IMG/VR virus record: IMGVR_UViG_3300009161_000038
Origin: an uncultured virus (IMG/VR IMGVR_UViG_3300009161_000038)
Taxonomy: Duplodnaviria > Heunggongvirae > Uroviricota > Caudoviricetes
Length of the DNA: 20,000 nt
Strand: one strand, 5' to 3'
Shown here: positions 8,373 through 17,092 of the stretch, piece by piece
Layout of the letters: every line of letters begins with the position of its first letter
How positions within the stretch are numbered: the stretch's first letter is position 1
Made by a program: the position numbers and the translations under genes
Notes under the pieces: model-generated
Databases searched by the model: none
Told to the model about the DNA's origin: nothing
Seen by the model: the letters and a program-made list of their open reading frames with translations, nothing else

Positions 8373-9569
8373 ATGAAAACATTTTTGGCACAAGAGAAGT
8401 ATCCAAAATATAAAAATATGATTAACATCCAGACACATGTACCAGGACAAGATTTCTACCCAGTTTTAATTAAAAATCTTTTAACTGCCGATGAGTTAAA
8501 GGACCTCCAAGACATTTATGATAATTTTCCAGCAGATCAAATTAAAGTTCAGACCTACTCTGCTCACGCTAGTATTTATTTTACCCTTAAAAATAAAGAA
8601 GATATTATAAAAAGAGTTGAAAAATTAGCAAGCGAGGCTGTTGGAGAAGAACTGGTAGTGCTAGATATTGAGGGGGCAAGGTATAGCAGAGAGTTTGGTT
8701 GGGAAGCAAAATTAGGTCCGCACTATGACGCAAGGCCAGTAGAAATGTATGTTTTAGATTTTCATGTTAAATCTAATGAAGATTGGAAATTAATTTTTGA
8801 ATGTGATGAGTTTACCTTTGGAGACAATGAAGGATTACTGTTTAGCGGAACTGGAACAGTTCACTGGAGAGACCCCATACGAATTAGAGATGATTCAAGA
8901 ATCGATTTGCTATTTTTCTGGTTGCAACACAAAAATCCTAGACCAATTTCTGATCAACATTCAAAAAATATGAAAGAAAGAGAAAAATTCTTTTTGTCAA
9001 ACATTAATCCAGTCAGGCCATTATCAAAAGATCAGTGGTGGAAACCAATTAAGATATCAGAAGCTGCTGAAAAACATCCACATTATCAAAAAATAAGCGC
9101 AGAAATTTTGAATCCAGTTATTCAAAATGAAATTTATATGCACTCTATTTTTAATCAAGAAAAAGAAATGATTTATTCATCTTGTAAAATAAAAAATAAT
9201 GAAATTGTCTCTGTTAATTTAGACGAAAATATGACAAAAAAGATTTCAGAAAAGATGTTGCACGTATATACGGAATCTTCTATTAAATTTTTTGATAGTT
9301 GTGTAATTAGATTGTCTAATATAGATGATAGTTTAAGCAAAATATTTCATAAAGAAAAAGAAGACGGTCAAGATTTTGTATCTATAATGTTTCCCATGTC
9401 AGAAGATGGTGAAATAAAACTTGATATTGATGGCAAGGAATTTGTAATTAAACATGAATATTGTATTACATTTTCTGAAAATAACCAAAACGTAATTGTA
9501 AAAAGCATAAATGCTCCAATAGATTTACTTGTTTGCAGTTTTAAAATAAACAAAAAGGATAATCAGTAA
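8373..9569 (+). CDS. 2OG-Fe(II) oxygenase-like protein with a probable second degenerate domain
   Basis: N-half has ARY...LGPHYD (HxD), DWKLIF, GLLFSGTGTVHWR, LLFFW. The C-half echoes the same strand pattern without metal ligands. Confidence 0.65.
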   Translation: MKTFLAQEKYPKYKNMINIQTHVPGQDFYPVLIKNLLTADELKDLQDIYDNFPADQIKVQTYSAHASIYFTLKNKEDIIKRVEKLASEAVGEELVVLDIEGARYSREFGWEAKLGPHYDARPVEMYVLDFHVKSNEDWKLIFECDEFTFGDNEGLLFSGTGTVHWRDPIRIRDDSRIDLLFFWLQHKNPRPISDQHSKNMKEREKFFLSNINPVRPLSKDQWWKPIKISEAAEKHPHYQKISAEILNPVIQNEIYMHSIFNQEKEMIYSSCKIKNNEIVSVNLDENMTKKISEKMLHVYTESSIKFFDSCVIRLSNIDDSLSKIFHKEKEDGQDFVSIMFPMSEDGEIKLDIDGKEFVIKHEYCITFSENNQNVIVKSINAPIDLLVCSFKINKKDNQ

Positions 9570-9571
9570 TC

Positions 9572-10357
9572 ATGGGTAGAGATATTGTAAAGAACCTTAA
9601 ATTCAAAAAACATACTGGTAAGCACTTCGATCCAGAAAAATTTGCTCAATTACTTGATGAGGCGTATCGTAATACAAAAAGAGCAGATGGAGAAATGACA
9701 AAAAAATCATTTAGCCCAAGCTCTTTAGGTTACGGTCATGGAACCTGTCCAAGATATTGGTATATGGCTTTTTCTGGTGCTATGTTTATTGATGATAACG
9801 ATGCAGTTGCGGTTGCCAATATGTCACAAGGAACACAGGCACACGAAAGACTTCAAAAGCTAATATCCACAATGCCTGAGTGGAAGGCCGAAGAAGAAGA
9901 AATTGTAAATGAGTATCCCCCAATTAGAGGATTTATAGATTTAATAATGGAATATGATGGCGAGACAGTCATTGGTGAAATTAAAACAGCAAAGCAAGAA
10001 GTCTGGGACGGAAGGCAATCAGAGATGAAGCCAACTCCAAACCACCTTCTACAGCTATTGACTTATATGAAACTTAAAAAAGCTAAAGAAGGATTTTTTC
10101 TATATGAGAATAAAAACACTCAGGAGATTATAGTAATTCCAATTTCCATGAATGAAAAAAATACTGAAATCATTGAAGAAACATTTTTGTGGATGTGTGA
10201 AGTTTGGGATAATTTTAAAGACGGAGATCTTCCAATGAAACCAGCAGGAGCAACAAAATACAAAATGCCTTGTACTTATTGCCCTGTAAAAAAAGAATGC
10301 TACTCAGGATTAATAGGCACAGTTCAAATAGAGTCTTACAAGGTTCCTAAATTATGA
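9572..10357 (+). CDS. Cas4-like PD-(D/E)XK exonuclease (4-Cys Fe-S type)
   Basis: SPSSLG..CPRYW, GTQAH, RGFID, EIKT, QLLTY, C-terminal CTYCPVKKEC. Confidence 0.85.
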   Translation: MGRDIVKNLKFKKHTGKHFDPEKFAQLLDEAYRNTKRADGEMTKKSFSPSSLGYGHGTCPRYWYMAFSGAMFIDDNDAVAVANMSQGTQAHERLQKLISTMPEWKAEEEEIVNEYPPIRGFIDLIMEYDGETVIGEIKTAKQEVWDGRQSEMKPTPNHLLQLLTYMKLKKAKEGFFLYENKNTQEIIVIPISMNEKNTEIIEETFLWMCEVWDNFKDGDLPMKPAGATKYKMPCTYCPVKKECYSGLIGTVQIESYKVPKL

Positions 10358-10632
10358 TATGTCAAAACAAAGAATGCTCACAAGAATTTGAGCCAAAAAC
10401 TCACAATCAAAAATATCATAGCGATGAATGCTGCAGGATGGCTACAAATAAAAGGATTATGGAAAAGTACTACGAAAAAAAATCTATAAAAAATGGTCTT
10501 GTTCGAAATTGCACAAAATGCAAAACTAAGTTAAGTAGATACAACAACTCAGATATTTGCTCTGTTTGTGAAAAAAATATTATAGAGCATAGTAAAAAAA
10601 CAATATGGAACTTGCTAAATGAACTTAGCTAA
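10354..10632 (+). CDS. Cys-rich zinc-finger hypothetical protein
   Basis: CQNKEC...HSDECC...CTKC...CSVC; ATGA overlap. Confidence 0.75.
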   Translation: MICQNKECSQEFEPKTHNQKYHSDECCRMATNKRIMEKYYEKKSIKNGLVRNCTKCKTKLSRYNNSDICSVCEKNIIEHSKKTIWNLLNELS

Positions 10633-11185
10633 TTTAGTAAAATCAAAAGCAAATAGAGTACTTGGCATAGATGCTTCAACTACATCTATAGCCTTTTGTT
10701 TAATGGAAAACTCAGTTCCAATTAAATGGGGAAAAATAAATTTAGCAGGACAAGATATTTATGAAAAAATATACAATGCTAAAGTTAGAATGAATTTAAT
10801 GTTAAAAGAATTAAAGAGTGATTATATTGCTGTTGAGGGGGCAATACTTGTCAGGTCACCAGATGCTGTGATAAAATTATCTTATGTCTATGGGGTTGTT
10901 ATTGCTGAGCTTATGTCTACTGGCGCTAAGGTTATTACTATTAGCCCATCCTCGTGGCAGGCATTCATTGGAAACAAGAATCCAACAAAAGATGAAAAAT
11001 CTATTATAAGATTAGAAAATCCTGGGTACGCAGAGTCTTGGTATAAAAACCAATTAAGAAATATGCGTAAGCAAAGAACTGTAGATTATTTTAATAATAA
11101 ATATAAACTAGAAATTAATGATTTTGATGTAGCTGATTCTTTTGGAATTGCGTACTACGCCAATAATGTATTGACAAAAAGATAG
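10619..11185 (+). CDS. RuvC-like Holliday junction resolvase
   Basis: VLGIDAS (catalytic Asp), IAVEG (Glu), DVADSFGIA (Asp pair). Confidence 0.85.
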   Translation: MNLANLVKSKANRVLGIDASTTSIAFCLMENSVPIKWGKINLAGQDIYEKIYNAKVRMNLMLKELKSDYIAVEGAILVRSPDAVIKLSYVYGVVIAELMSTGAKVITISPSSWQAFIGNKNPTKDEKSIIRLENPGYAESWYKNQLRNMRKQRTVDYFNNKYKLEINDFDVADSFGIAYYANNVLTKR

Positions 11186-11199
11186 GTTTTATCTATAAT
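11171..11199 (+). promoter_or_regulatory. Consensus sigma70/sigmaA promoter
   Basis: TTGACA (11171-11176), 17 bp, TATAAT (11194-11199). Confidence 0.75.
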
Positions 11200-11344
11200 G
11201 AAACTATATCAAAGCAAAGAATGGCTATACCGAAGATACGTAGTTCAAAAAAAAAGTGTTACACAGATTGCTATTGAATGTAAAACCTCTGCTATGACCA
11301 TACAGAGATATTTAACTAAGTTCGAGTTGATTAAGAGGAGATAA
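11198..11344 (+). CDS. Small helix-turn-helix DNA-binding protein (48 aa; not in ORF track)
   Basis: MKLYQSKEWLYRRYVVQKKSVTQIAIECKTSAMTIQRYLTKFELIKRR*; S..QIA..C..S..TI.RYL HTH signature; TAATG coupling to the next gene. Confidence 0.75.
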   Translation: MKLYQSKEWLYRRYVVQKKSVTQIAIECKTSAMTIQRYLTKFELIKRR

Positions 11345-11667
11345 TGCTAAAGCCAGTATTTGAAGATGTAAAAGATTTTGCATGTACCGATCTATACCTT
11401 AAATCAGTAGGGGCTCCCGCAGGAAATAAAATATGGGAAGCCTGTCATGAAATTGCCAGTATGTTAATTGAAAAAAACATATCTTATGGAAACTCAGCGT
11501 TAGAGCCTGCAAGAATATTTTCAACGGCGGATTCCAAAGAGCAATTAAAGGTCAGAATTGATGACAAATTAAATAGAGTGAGAAACAATAAGGGTTTTGC
11601 TGGGGATAATGACATAGATGATTTAATTGGATATTTGATATTATATAAAATAGCCAATTCTAATTGA
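11344..11667 (+). CDS. DUF1599-like / nucleotide-modification-associated domain 1 protein
   Basis: KNISYGNS, RIDDKLNR and DDLIGYLIL motifs; SD GAGGAG. Confidence 0.7.
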   Translation: MLKPVFEDVKDFACTDLYLKSVGAPAGNKIWEACHEIASMLIEKNISYGNSALEPARIFSTADSKEQLKVRIDDKLNRVRNNKGFAGDNDIDDLIGYLILYKIANSN

Positions 11668-11692
11668 CATTTCAGTCAACTAAAAGTATACT
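11664..11692 (+). promoter_or_regulatory. Sigma70/sigmaA promoter for the terminase genes, with an inverted repeat over -35
   Basis: TTGACA (11664-11669), 17 bp, TATACT (11687-11692); TTGAC-N6-GTCAA inverted repeat at 11664-11679; ATG 8 nt after the -10. Confidence 0.75.
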
Positions 11693-11700
11693 TATGACAT

Positions 11701-12237
11701 ATGGAAATTGAATTATCTGATCATTTTGATCGAATGAATAAAGTAGTTGAAGAACTTTTAAAAGGAAGTAATCCTACTCAAATATCTTCATTGACTGGCT
11801 TTAAAAGAGCTGAGGTCGTTGAGTATATAGATGAGTGGAAGTCTATTGTTAAAAATGACTCTACTTCTAGAGATAGAGCAAAAGAAGCTGTCTCTGGCGC
11901 AGACCAACATTATGCAATGCTTATTAAAGAAGCTTGGAAAACTGTAGATGATGCAGATCAGCAAGGTCAATTAAACGTAAAGGCTACTGCGTTAAAGTTA
12001 ATTGCCGACATAGAGACAAAAAGAATTGCAATGTTGCAACAAATTGGATTACTAGATAATCAAGAGATTGCAGATCAAATTGCAGAAACAGAAAGAAAGC
12101 AAGATGTTTTAGTTTCAATATTAAGGGATGTTGCTAAGGACTACCCAGATATAAGAAGAGAAATTATGAAAAGACTTTCGCAAATAACTGGAGTAGTTGA
12201 ACCTATAGAGATAATAGAGTCCAAGAATGTCATTTGA
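11701..12237 (+). CDS. Probable terminase small subunit (N-terminal HTH + helical region)
   Basis: GSNPTQISSLTGFKRAEVVEYI HTH-like segment; overlaps the large terminase start by 11 nt. Confidence 0.55.
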   Translation: MEIELSDHFDRMNKVVEELLKGSNPTQISSLTGFKRAEVVEYIDEWKSIVKNDSTSRDRAKEAVSGADQHYAMLIKEAWKTVDDADQQGQLNVKATALKLIADIETKRIAMLQQIGLLDNQEIADQIAETERKQDVLVSILRDVAKDYPDIRREIMKRLSQITGVVEPIEIIESKNVI

Positions 12238-14026
12238 TTTTTCTGATATCATCGACATGCTTGATGGCGAAGAGTTTGATGAAAAGCCTGTATCGCTAAG
12301 AGATTTTGTAACTAATGAAAAATATCTAGGCCTACCAGAACTTTCAGAATATCAATACACTTTAATTGAAAAAAGCTCACAGGTGTATAAAGAGTCTACT
12401 TTAATAAAACTTTTTGGAGAAGAAGAAGGACATAGAATGTTCAAGCAAACTGCCAACGAGGTAGTTGCTCAGCTAGGAAAAGGGTCTGGGAAAGACTACT
12501 GTTCAACAATTGCAGTGTCGTATATTGTATATCTATTGCTTTGTTTGAAAGACCCAGCTTCTTATTACGGAAAACCTCCTGGTGACTCTATAGACATTAT
12601 TAATATTGCTATTAACGCCCAGCAAGCAAGCAACGTATTCTTTAAAGGGTTTAGAACTAGAATTGACAAGTCCCCATGGTTTGTTGGAAAATACTCAGAA
12701 AAAGCTTCTGAAATAAAATTCAATAAAAATATAACCGTACACTCTGGACACTCTGAGCGTGAGGCTTGGGAAGGCTATAACGTAATAGTAGTTATCCTAG
12801 ATGAGATATCTGGATTTAGTGTTGAAAATACTACTGGGCATGAGCAGGCAAAAACAGGAAGCCTTATTTATGAAATGTATCGTGCTTCTGTAGACTCTAG
12901 ATTTCCAGACTACGGTAAAGTAATTTTACTATCTTTTCCAAGATACAAAAATGATTATATACAGCAAAGATATGACGATGTTGTAGCAGACAAAGAAGTT
13001 GTCGTTAGATCGCATAGATTTAAATTAGATATGGATCTTCCAGAGGGTACTGCGGGTAATGAGTTTGATATAGAGTGGGAAGAAGATAATATTATTTCTT
13101 ACAAATATCCAGGAATGTACGCACTTCGAAGACCCACTTGGGACGTTAACCCTACAAGAAGCATAGAAGATTTTAAAATAGCTTTTTACAAGAATGCACC
13201 AGACGCACTCGGAAGATTTGCATGTATGCCGTCAGAAGCGATAGATGCATTTTTTAAATCAAGAGAAAAAATTGAAAAATCATTTAGTAATTTAGGATTA
13301 GCGGTAGATCAGTTTGGAAGATTTGAAGACTGGTTCGCACCAGATCCAGATAAAGAATATTTTATTCATGTTGACCTTGCCCAAAAACACGATCATTGTG
13401 CTGTTGCAATGTCTCACGTTCAAAAATGGGTTAACATAAAGGTAACGGATACCTACTCACAACCAGCTCCCATAGTCGAAGTAGATGTGGTAAGGTTTTG
13501 GACACCAACTCCAGACAAATCGGTGGACTTTACTGAAGTTAAAGATTATATATTATCTTTAAAAACTAAAGGATTTAAAATTAGGTTATGCACTTTTGAT
13601 AGATGGAATTCTCACGACATGATGCAACAATTAAAGCAGTATGGAATAAACACAGAATTGTTATCTGTTGCTAAAAAACATTATGACGACATGGCAATGG
13701 TGGTCTTAGAAGAAAGATTAAAAGGACCACACATTCCTTTACTTATAGATGAATTGTTACAGCTAAGAATTATGAGGGATAAGGTAGACCATCCAAGAAA
13801 AGGATCAAAAGATTTAGCAGATGCTGTTTGTGGTTCAATATTTAATGCTATATCTCATACAAGGTTTGATACAAATCAAGAAATAAAAATACATAACTAC
13901 GAGTCAATGAGTTATGATAATGATTTTGGAGTTGCAAAAGAAGAAGAGTACGTTCAAAATATGATAAGAGCTCCCCGAATACCACAAGAGCTCAAGGAAG
14001 CAATGGATAGGATGATGATAATATGA
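12227..14026 (+). CDS. terL: Terminase large subunit
   Basis: Walker A LGKGSGKD, Walker B VVILDEISGF, coupling motif LLSFPR, nuclease motifs IHVDLA, TFDRWNS, KDLADA. Confidence 0.9.
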   Translation: MSFDFSDIIDMLDGEEFDEKPVSLRDFVTNEKYLGLPELSEYQYTLIEKSSQVYKESTLIKLFGEEEGHRMFKQTANEVVAQLGKGSGKDYCSTIAVSYIVYLLLCLKDPASYYGKPPGDSIDIINIAINAQQASNVFFKGFRTRIDKSPWFVGKYSEKASEIKFNKNITVHSGHSEREAWEGYNVIVVILDEISGFSVENTTGHEQAKTGSLIYEMYRASVDSRFPDYGKVILLSFPRYKNDYIQQRYDDVVADKEVVVRSHRFKLDMDLPEGTAGNEFDIEWEEDNIISYKYPGMYALRRPTWDVNPTRSIEDFKIAFYKNAPDALGRFACMPSEAIDAFFKSREKIEKSFSNLGLAVDQFGRFEDWFAPDPDKEYFIHVDLAQKHDHCAVAMSHVQKWVNIKVTDTYSQPAPIVEVDVVRFWTPTPDKSVDFTEVKDYILSLKTKGFKIRLCTFDRWNSHDMMQQLKQYGINTELLSVAKKHYDDMAMVVLEERLKGPHIPLLIDELLQLRIMRDKVDHPRKGSKDLADAVCGSIFNAISHTRFDTNQEIKIHNYESMSYDNDFGVAKEEEYVQNMIRAPRIPQELKEAMDRMMII

Positions 14027-14262
14027 GCATGTATCAAGAAAAAGCAAAAGAATGTATATGTTGTGGAAAGCATGTTCCGCTTCCTATTGTTCTTAAAGAC
14101 TACAATGGTATAAAAGTTTGTCCAACAACTTATTACAATATAAAAGAATATTCCCGTATCTGGACCAGCATTGGATCAAGACCCACTGGAGGTATCAGAA
14201 AGCATTTTTCGGAATATGTACAATCTTTAGTTGAAATAGAAAAAAGCAATGAATCTGTTTGA
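14023..14262 (+). CDS. Small Cys-containing hypothetical protein
   Basis: CICC...VCP; ATGA overlap with terL. Confidence 0.65.
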   Translation: MSMYQEKAKECICCGKHVPLPIVLKDYNGIKVCPTTYYNIKEYSRIWTSIGSRPTGGIRKHFSEYVQSLVEIEKSNESV

Positions 14263-14578
14263 AGAAGATGACTCTGCTTTGTTTAAACACTATGTAGAAA
14301 TTGGTGCAATAGATTTTGTTGGAGTAGAAAAAAATGGAGAAGCTATTTATAAAGTAAATGAAATTGCTAAAGATATTGCTCCAGAATTATGGAAAGCTCA
14401 TACAGATTACATTGATGAAACATTAATTGGGCTATACAAAGAAAATTTAATTTCTGTTTCCTATAACGAAAATCTAGAAGCTACTTTTAGCGCAACTCCA
14501 GAAGGCCTAAAGCGTTTAAAAAAACACTATGGAATTGTTCCAGAAAGAGATCCTAAAGATGATAATTCTTGGGGTTAA
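14249..14578 (+). CDS. Hypothetical protein (possible winged-helix-like fold)
   Basis: 109 aa; LIGLYKENLISV...FSATPEG resembles a wHTH wing; overlaps both neighbours. Confidence 0.65.
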   Translation: MNLFEEDDSALFKHYVEIGAIDFVGVEKNGEAIYKVNEIAKDIAPELWKAHTDYIDETLIGLYKENLISVSYNENLEATFSATPEGLKRLKKHYGIVPERDPKDDNSWG

Positions 14579-15980
14579 CGAAACCTCACACGATGCTTCT
14601 GTTTCTTTAATAGAAAATGGAAAAATTATTTTTGCAGGACACGCAGAAAGATATAGCAAGCAGAAGAATGATTGGTATATCAATAATAGTTTAGTTAATG
14701 ATGCTTTGTCATATGGGGCACCTGATGCTATAGCCTACTACGAGAAACCCCTTCTAAAGGCCTCTAGGCTATTTATAAAGGGTGGCGTAGGGGAGTGGAA
14801 GCCTAAGTTTAACATAGAGGGTATACGAAGAAAATCATTTAGCCATCATTACTCACACGCATGTGCTGGATATTATACAAGTAGGTTTTCTGACTCAGCA
14901 ATTGTAGTTCTAGATTCAATTGGTGAATATAATACTTCTACTATTTGGGTAGGAGAAGGTGAAAAAATAAAATTAAAGTTTAAGCAAAATTACCCAGTAA
15001 GTTTTGGATTGTTTTACTCAGCCTTTACTCAGCTGGTTGGACTTATGCCAAATCAAGAAGAGTATATTATGATGGGGATGGCTGCTTATGGAGATTGGAC
15101 AAAATATTATAAACAGATAGATAATTATTTTCCTAGATATGACAAGCAAAAGTATAATTTTCACAAAGGCATTACTGACTGGGGATGGGTTTCAGAGCAA
15201 GATAAGTTTGATATTGCAGCAGCAGTTCAAGTAGTTTATGAACAAAGGCTTATAGATTTTATGAGGTACGCAAAAGATTTAACAAAAAAGAACAATTTGG
15301 TTTTTATGGGAGGGTGTGCACTTAACTGCTCAGCAAATACTAAGTTATGGAAAATATTTAATGACGTATGGATAATGCCAAACCCAGGAGATTCTGGAAG
15401 TTCTTTGGGTGCAGCAGCAGCACTTTACGGAAAACATTTAGATTGGCAGACTCCATACCTAGGGTACGATTTAGGCGGGGAGTACCCAGTAAATAAAATA
15501 ATTAAAGGTTTAGCTGACAATAAAATAGTTGCAGTTGCCTCTGGAAGAGCAGAGTTTGGCCCAAGGGCTTTGGGAAACAGAAGCATACTTGCAGACCCAA
15601 GAGATCCAGAAATAAAAAACAAAGTAAATTTAATAAAAAAAAGAGAATCATTTAGACCATTTGCACCAGTCGTAATGGAAGAGCATGCAAGCAAATGGTT
15701 TGATATTAATTTTAGCTCTCCTTATATGCAGTACGCCGTTAAATGTTTAAAGCCAGACATAATACCATCTGTTGTACATGCTGACGGTACTTCGAGAGTT
15801 CAAACAATTAATAAAAATCAGCACCCAGGACTGTATGAAGTACTAAAGCAATGGTTTGATTTAACTGGAGTACCAGTTTTGTTAAACACCAGCTTAAATG
15901 TTAAGGGACAGCCTTTAATTAATGATGAAAAAGACATAGAAGAATGGGAAAAGTATTATAAACATCAAATAATTTCATAA
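14559..15980 (+). CDS. O-carbamoyltransferase, NodU/CmcH/TobZ family
   Basis: ILGVN..SHDAS, AERYSKQK, HHYSHA, VLDSIGE, MGMAAYG, GGCALNC, PGDSGSSLGAA, EFGPRALGNRSILADP, KRESFRPFAP, VHADGTSRVQT, LNTSLN. Start set at ATG 14559. Confidence 0.95.
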   Translation: MIILGVNETSHDASVSLIENGKIIFAGHAERYSKQKNDWYINNSLVNDALSYGAPDAIAYYEKPLLKASRLFIKGGVGEWKPKFNIEGIRRKSFSHHYSHACAGYYTSRFSDSAIVVLDSIGEYNTSTIWVGEGEKIKLKFKQNYPVSFGLFYSAFTQLVGLMPNQEEYIMMGMAAYGDWTKYYKQIDNYFPRYDKQKYNFHKGITDWGWVSEQDKFDIAAAVQVVYEQRLIDFMRYAKDLTKKNNLVFMGGCALNCSANTKLWKIFNDVWIMPNPGDSGSSLGAAAALYGKHLDWQTPYLGYDLGGEYPVNKIIKGLADNKIVAVASGRAEFGPRALGNRSILADPRDPEIKNKVNLIKKRESFRPFAPVVMEEHASKWFDINFSSPYMQYAVKCLKPDIIPSVVHADGTSRVQTINKNQHPGLYEVLKQWFDLTGVPVLLNTSLNVKGQPLINDEKDIEEWEKYYKHQIIS

Positions 15981-15998
15981 TGGTATAATATAGATATG
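15981..15998 (+). promoter_or_regulatory. Extended -10 promoter, leaderless start
   Basis: TG-G-TATAAT (15981-15989), 6 nt, ATG 15996; no SD. Confidence 0.7.
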
Positions 15999-16454
15999 CT
16001 AATACATAAGGGAAAATGGATTAAAAAAGCTGAAGACGTTACATGCTCTATGCTTTGGAAAGAATGGGCTGCCACTTCCCCAGACGATAGACTAGTTTTA
16101 ATAGCTAAAGAAAGAATTTCAAAATATACCAGAAAAGACTGGGATGCAATGATTAAAGACGCACACGAATTAAACGCATACCTGGCAGAGTGCATTAATA
16201 ACAAAGTTCCAGTTGAAGACCCTAAAGCAGAGCTTGCATTTGATATGTTTGTTGATCATTTTGTTAAATGGTTTTTCCCAGTAAGTGAAGAATATTTAAT
16301 AAAGCTTAGAATGCAAACTCAATTAGATAAAAAATATGCTTTGTTTTTTGAAAAACAAGCCCCAGGACTTAACTCATATTTGCTAAAATTATCAAGAGCC
16401 TATTCTCATAAAAGAAAAGATAATTGGGATAGTTTGTCGACAGATAAAATATGA
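15996..16454 (+). CDS. Stand-alone TipAS-like (antibiotic-recognition) helical domain protein
   Basis: YTRKDWDAM...L.ECI....PVEDPKAE....FVDHFVKWFF......L......DKKYALFFEKQAPGLNSYL fits the TipAS pattern; no MerR HTH. Confidence 0.55.
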   Translation: MLIHKGKWIKKAEDVTCSMLWKEWAATSPDDRLVLIAKERISKYTRKDWDAMIKDAHELNAYLAECINNKVPVEDPKAELAFDMFVDHFVKWFFPVSEEYLIKLRMQTQLDKKYALFFEKQAPGLNSYLLKLSRAYSHKRKDNWDSLSTDKI

Positions 16455-17092
16455 AAGAAAGCTTTTCTCCAAAGCCTGTTAATATTGATAATATTACAAA
16501 ACAAATAGGCACAGGTATTAATAATATAAAGGTATTTGAAAATTATTTAACAGATAAAGAATCTAAAACTGCAATGTCAATTATTTCAAAGTATAAAGTA
16601 AAAGAGGGAGTAAATCATTCCTATCCGATACATACTTTAGAAGAGTATGTACCCTCAGAAGAAGAGTTATTGTTTACTAACATAATGAGAAAAAAACTTA
16701 TTCATAAGGTAACCGTAGAATACAAAATGAAATTTGTACAAGATAAGCCTTTTCTTTATATAGTTCATCCAACTGGAACTTATATAGAGCCGCACACAGA
16801 CATCCTAGACATAGATGATCCAGACTATGAAAACGATACATATGAGTCTCAAATTGAAAAATATCCATATTTATGGAGTGGTCACCTGTCTGTACTTGCA
16901 TATTTAAATGATGATTATGAAGGGGGGGAATTGTACTTCCCAGATTTTAATTACAGTATTAAGCCTAAAAAAAATATGTTAATTCTTTTTCCAGGGAATA
17001 CCCATTATGTTCATGGTGTATCAGAGATTACTTCTGGAACGAGGTACACTATTTCTCAATGGACTCAATTTTTAGAATTTAATAAAAAATGA
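16451..17092 (+). CDS. 2OG-Fe(II) oxygenase (prolyl-4-hydroxylase-like)
   Basis: PHTD (HxD), AYLNDDYEGGELYF, YVHGV, GTRYTISQW. Confidence 0.9.
   Translation: MKESFSPKPVNIDNITKQIGTGINNIKVFENYLTDKESKTAMSIISKYKVKEGVNHSYPIHTLEEYVPSEEELLFTNIMRKKLIHKVTVEYKMKFVQDKPFLYIVHPTGTYIEPHTDILDIDDPDYENDTYESQIEKYPYLWSGHLSVLAYLNDDYEGGELYFPDFNYSIKPKKNMLILFPGNTHYVHGVSEITSGTRYTISQWTQFLEFNKK

Noticed and set aside
8229..9574. Junction duplication around the second insertion (TAATTCATG vs TAATCATG)
   Set aside because: Too short and AT-rich to distinguish from chance without an empty-site comparison.
9572..10357. Cas4-like gene as part of a CRISPR-Cas system
   Set aside because: No repeat-spacer array or other cas genes in the window; solo Cas4-like nucleases are common in phage replication modules.
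11247..11255. A9 tract as a programmed frameshift or phase-variation site
   Set aside because: The HTH frame reads through intact to a coupled TAATG, and A-runs are common in this AT-rich sequence.
1881..14026. Inteins or introns in dnaE, recA or terL
   Set aside because: Protein lengths are ordinary, motifs are contiguous, and no intein splice-junction or LAGLIDADG signatures were seen.
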